From contig NZ_JAYKGW010000118.1 in the NCBI RefSeq assembly GCF_035285525.1, positions 1 through 15,916 of the forward strand: a DNA stretch of 15,916 nucleotides, written 5' to 3'. Below the pieces are notes generated by a model. That model had not been told where the DNA came from and searched no databases. It saw nothing but the letters and a program-made list of their open reading frames with translations. A program made the translations under genes and the position numbers. Source of the DNA: Okeania sp. (GTDB lineage Bacteria > Cyanobacteriota > Cyanobacteriia > Cyanobacteriales > Microcoleaceae). Below, piece by piece: positions 15,194 through 15,916 of the stretch (positions within the stretch are counted from its first letter, which is position 1; each line of letters opens with the position of its first letter).

Positions 15194-15214
15194 CTACTCC
15201 CTACTCCCTACTCC
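15194..15214. repeat. Heptamer array (CTACTCC) x3
   Basis: Read directly, immediately upstream of the helicase start codon. Confidence 0.85.
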
Positions 15215-15223
15215 CTAAATAAA

Positions 15224-15916
15224 ATGAATATATTAATAGAAAATATAGGCGTTCCTAAAATACCATCTAATTTAAAATTACGCCCTTATCAACAACAAGC
15301 TGTTAATAATTGGTTTGCTAATAAAGGTAGGGGAGTTTTAAAGATGGCTACTGGTACTGGAAAAACAATTACCGCTTTAGTGATCGCTACTGAACTTTAT
15401 CAAAAAATTGCTTTACAAGTATTAATTATTGTTTGTCCTTATCGTCATTTAGTAACTCAATGGGGAAGGGAATGTGAAAAGTTTTCTCTCAAACCAATTC
15501 TGGCTTTTGAGAATGTAAATAATTGGCAAAATCAACTTTCTACTACTCTTTATAATATTCATTCCAACCATCAAATATTTCTTTCTATTATTACTACTAA
15601 CTCTACTTTTATCTCTGATGGTTTCCAATCTCAGCTTAAATATTTTCCGGAAAAAACTTTAATTATTGGGGATGAAGCTCATCATTTAGGTTCGCCAAAA
15701 TTGGAGAAATGTTTACCTAAAAATATTGGTTTAAGACTGGCTTTATCTGCTACTCCAGAAAGATATTTTGATGAGGAAGGAACTACGGCAATTTTAGATT
15801 ATTTTGGTGAAGTATTGCAGCCAGAATTAACTTTAGCTGATGCAATTAAACAAGGTGCTTTAGCTCGTTATCTTTATTATCCAGTTTTAGTAGAATTGAC
15901 TGAAGAGGAAAGTCGA
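15224..15916 (+). CDS. SF2 DEAD/DEAH-box helicase, ResIII/SSL2-like (COG1061-type). Only the N-terminal 231 aa are present, and the ORF continues past the window end.
   Basis: My own translation from ATG 15224 stays open to the last base. It reads MNILIENIGVPKIPSNLKLRPYQQQAVNNWF...LKMATGTGKTITAL (motif I) ...LIIGDEAHHLG (motif II, DEAH) ...LALSATPERYFDEEG (motif III). It is absent from the ORF track because no stop codon falls within the window. Confidence 0.85.
   Translation, partial: MNILIENIGVPKIPSNLKLRPYQQQAVNNWFANKGRGVLKMATGTGKTITALVIATELYQKIALQVLIIVCPYRHLVTQWGRECEKFSLKPILAFENVNNWQNQLSTTLYNIHSNHQIFLSIITTNSTFISDGFQSQLKYFPEKTLIIGDEAHHLGSPKLEKCLPKNIGLRLALSATPERYFDEEGTTAILDYFGEVLQPELTLADAIKQGALARYLYYPVLVELTEEESR

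Overview
The window looks like chromosomal DNA from a low-GC filamentous cyanobacterium of the Nostocales type. Supporting this are six exact HIP1 octamers (GCGATCGC at 396, 1671, 2094, 5980, 8192, 12661), heptanucleotide tandem arrays (STRR-type) in nearly every intergenic spacer, and cyanobacterial genes such as rpaB. Housekeeping genes: radA/sms (-) transcribed divergently from rpaB (+, TTG start), a two-TM/GAF-like membrane protein, a DUF456 membrane protein, rfbB/rmlB (-), a CapA-type metallophosphatase with an unusual N-terminal extension, and a PfkB sugar kinase followed by an acyltransferase-3 protein (-). Accessory or defence-like genes: a Uma2/DUF820 endonuclease at the left end, and at the right end (13.1-15.9 kb) an Rpn/PD-(D/E)XK nuclease-transposase gene broken by one in-frame TAA, a VapBC-like antitoxin/PIN pair, and the 5' part of an SF2 DEAH helicase (ResIII-like). 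The helicase ORF runs off the window and is absent from the supplied ORF track. I recognise no rRNA, tRNA or CRISPR array. The unexplained signals are non-coding: (i) 2.5 tandem copies of a ~150-bp highly structured element with GTAGGGG...CCCCTAC inverted termini, abutting the start codon at 4712; (ii) a 24-bp palindrome-containing tandem array at 7159-7247; (iii) a 19-24 nt motif in three copies, one inside the CapA coding region; (iv) hairpin and heptamer-derived dispersed repeats that bracket genes; (v) a structured, ORF-less convergent spacer at 6.3-6.5 kb. All functional assignments rest on motif recognition by eye. No database search was possible.
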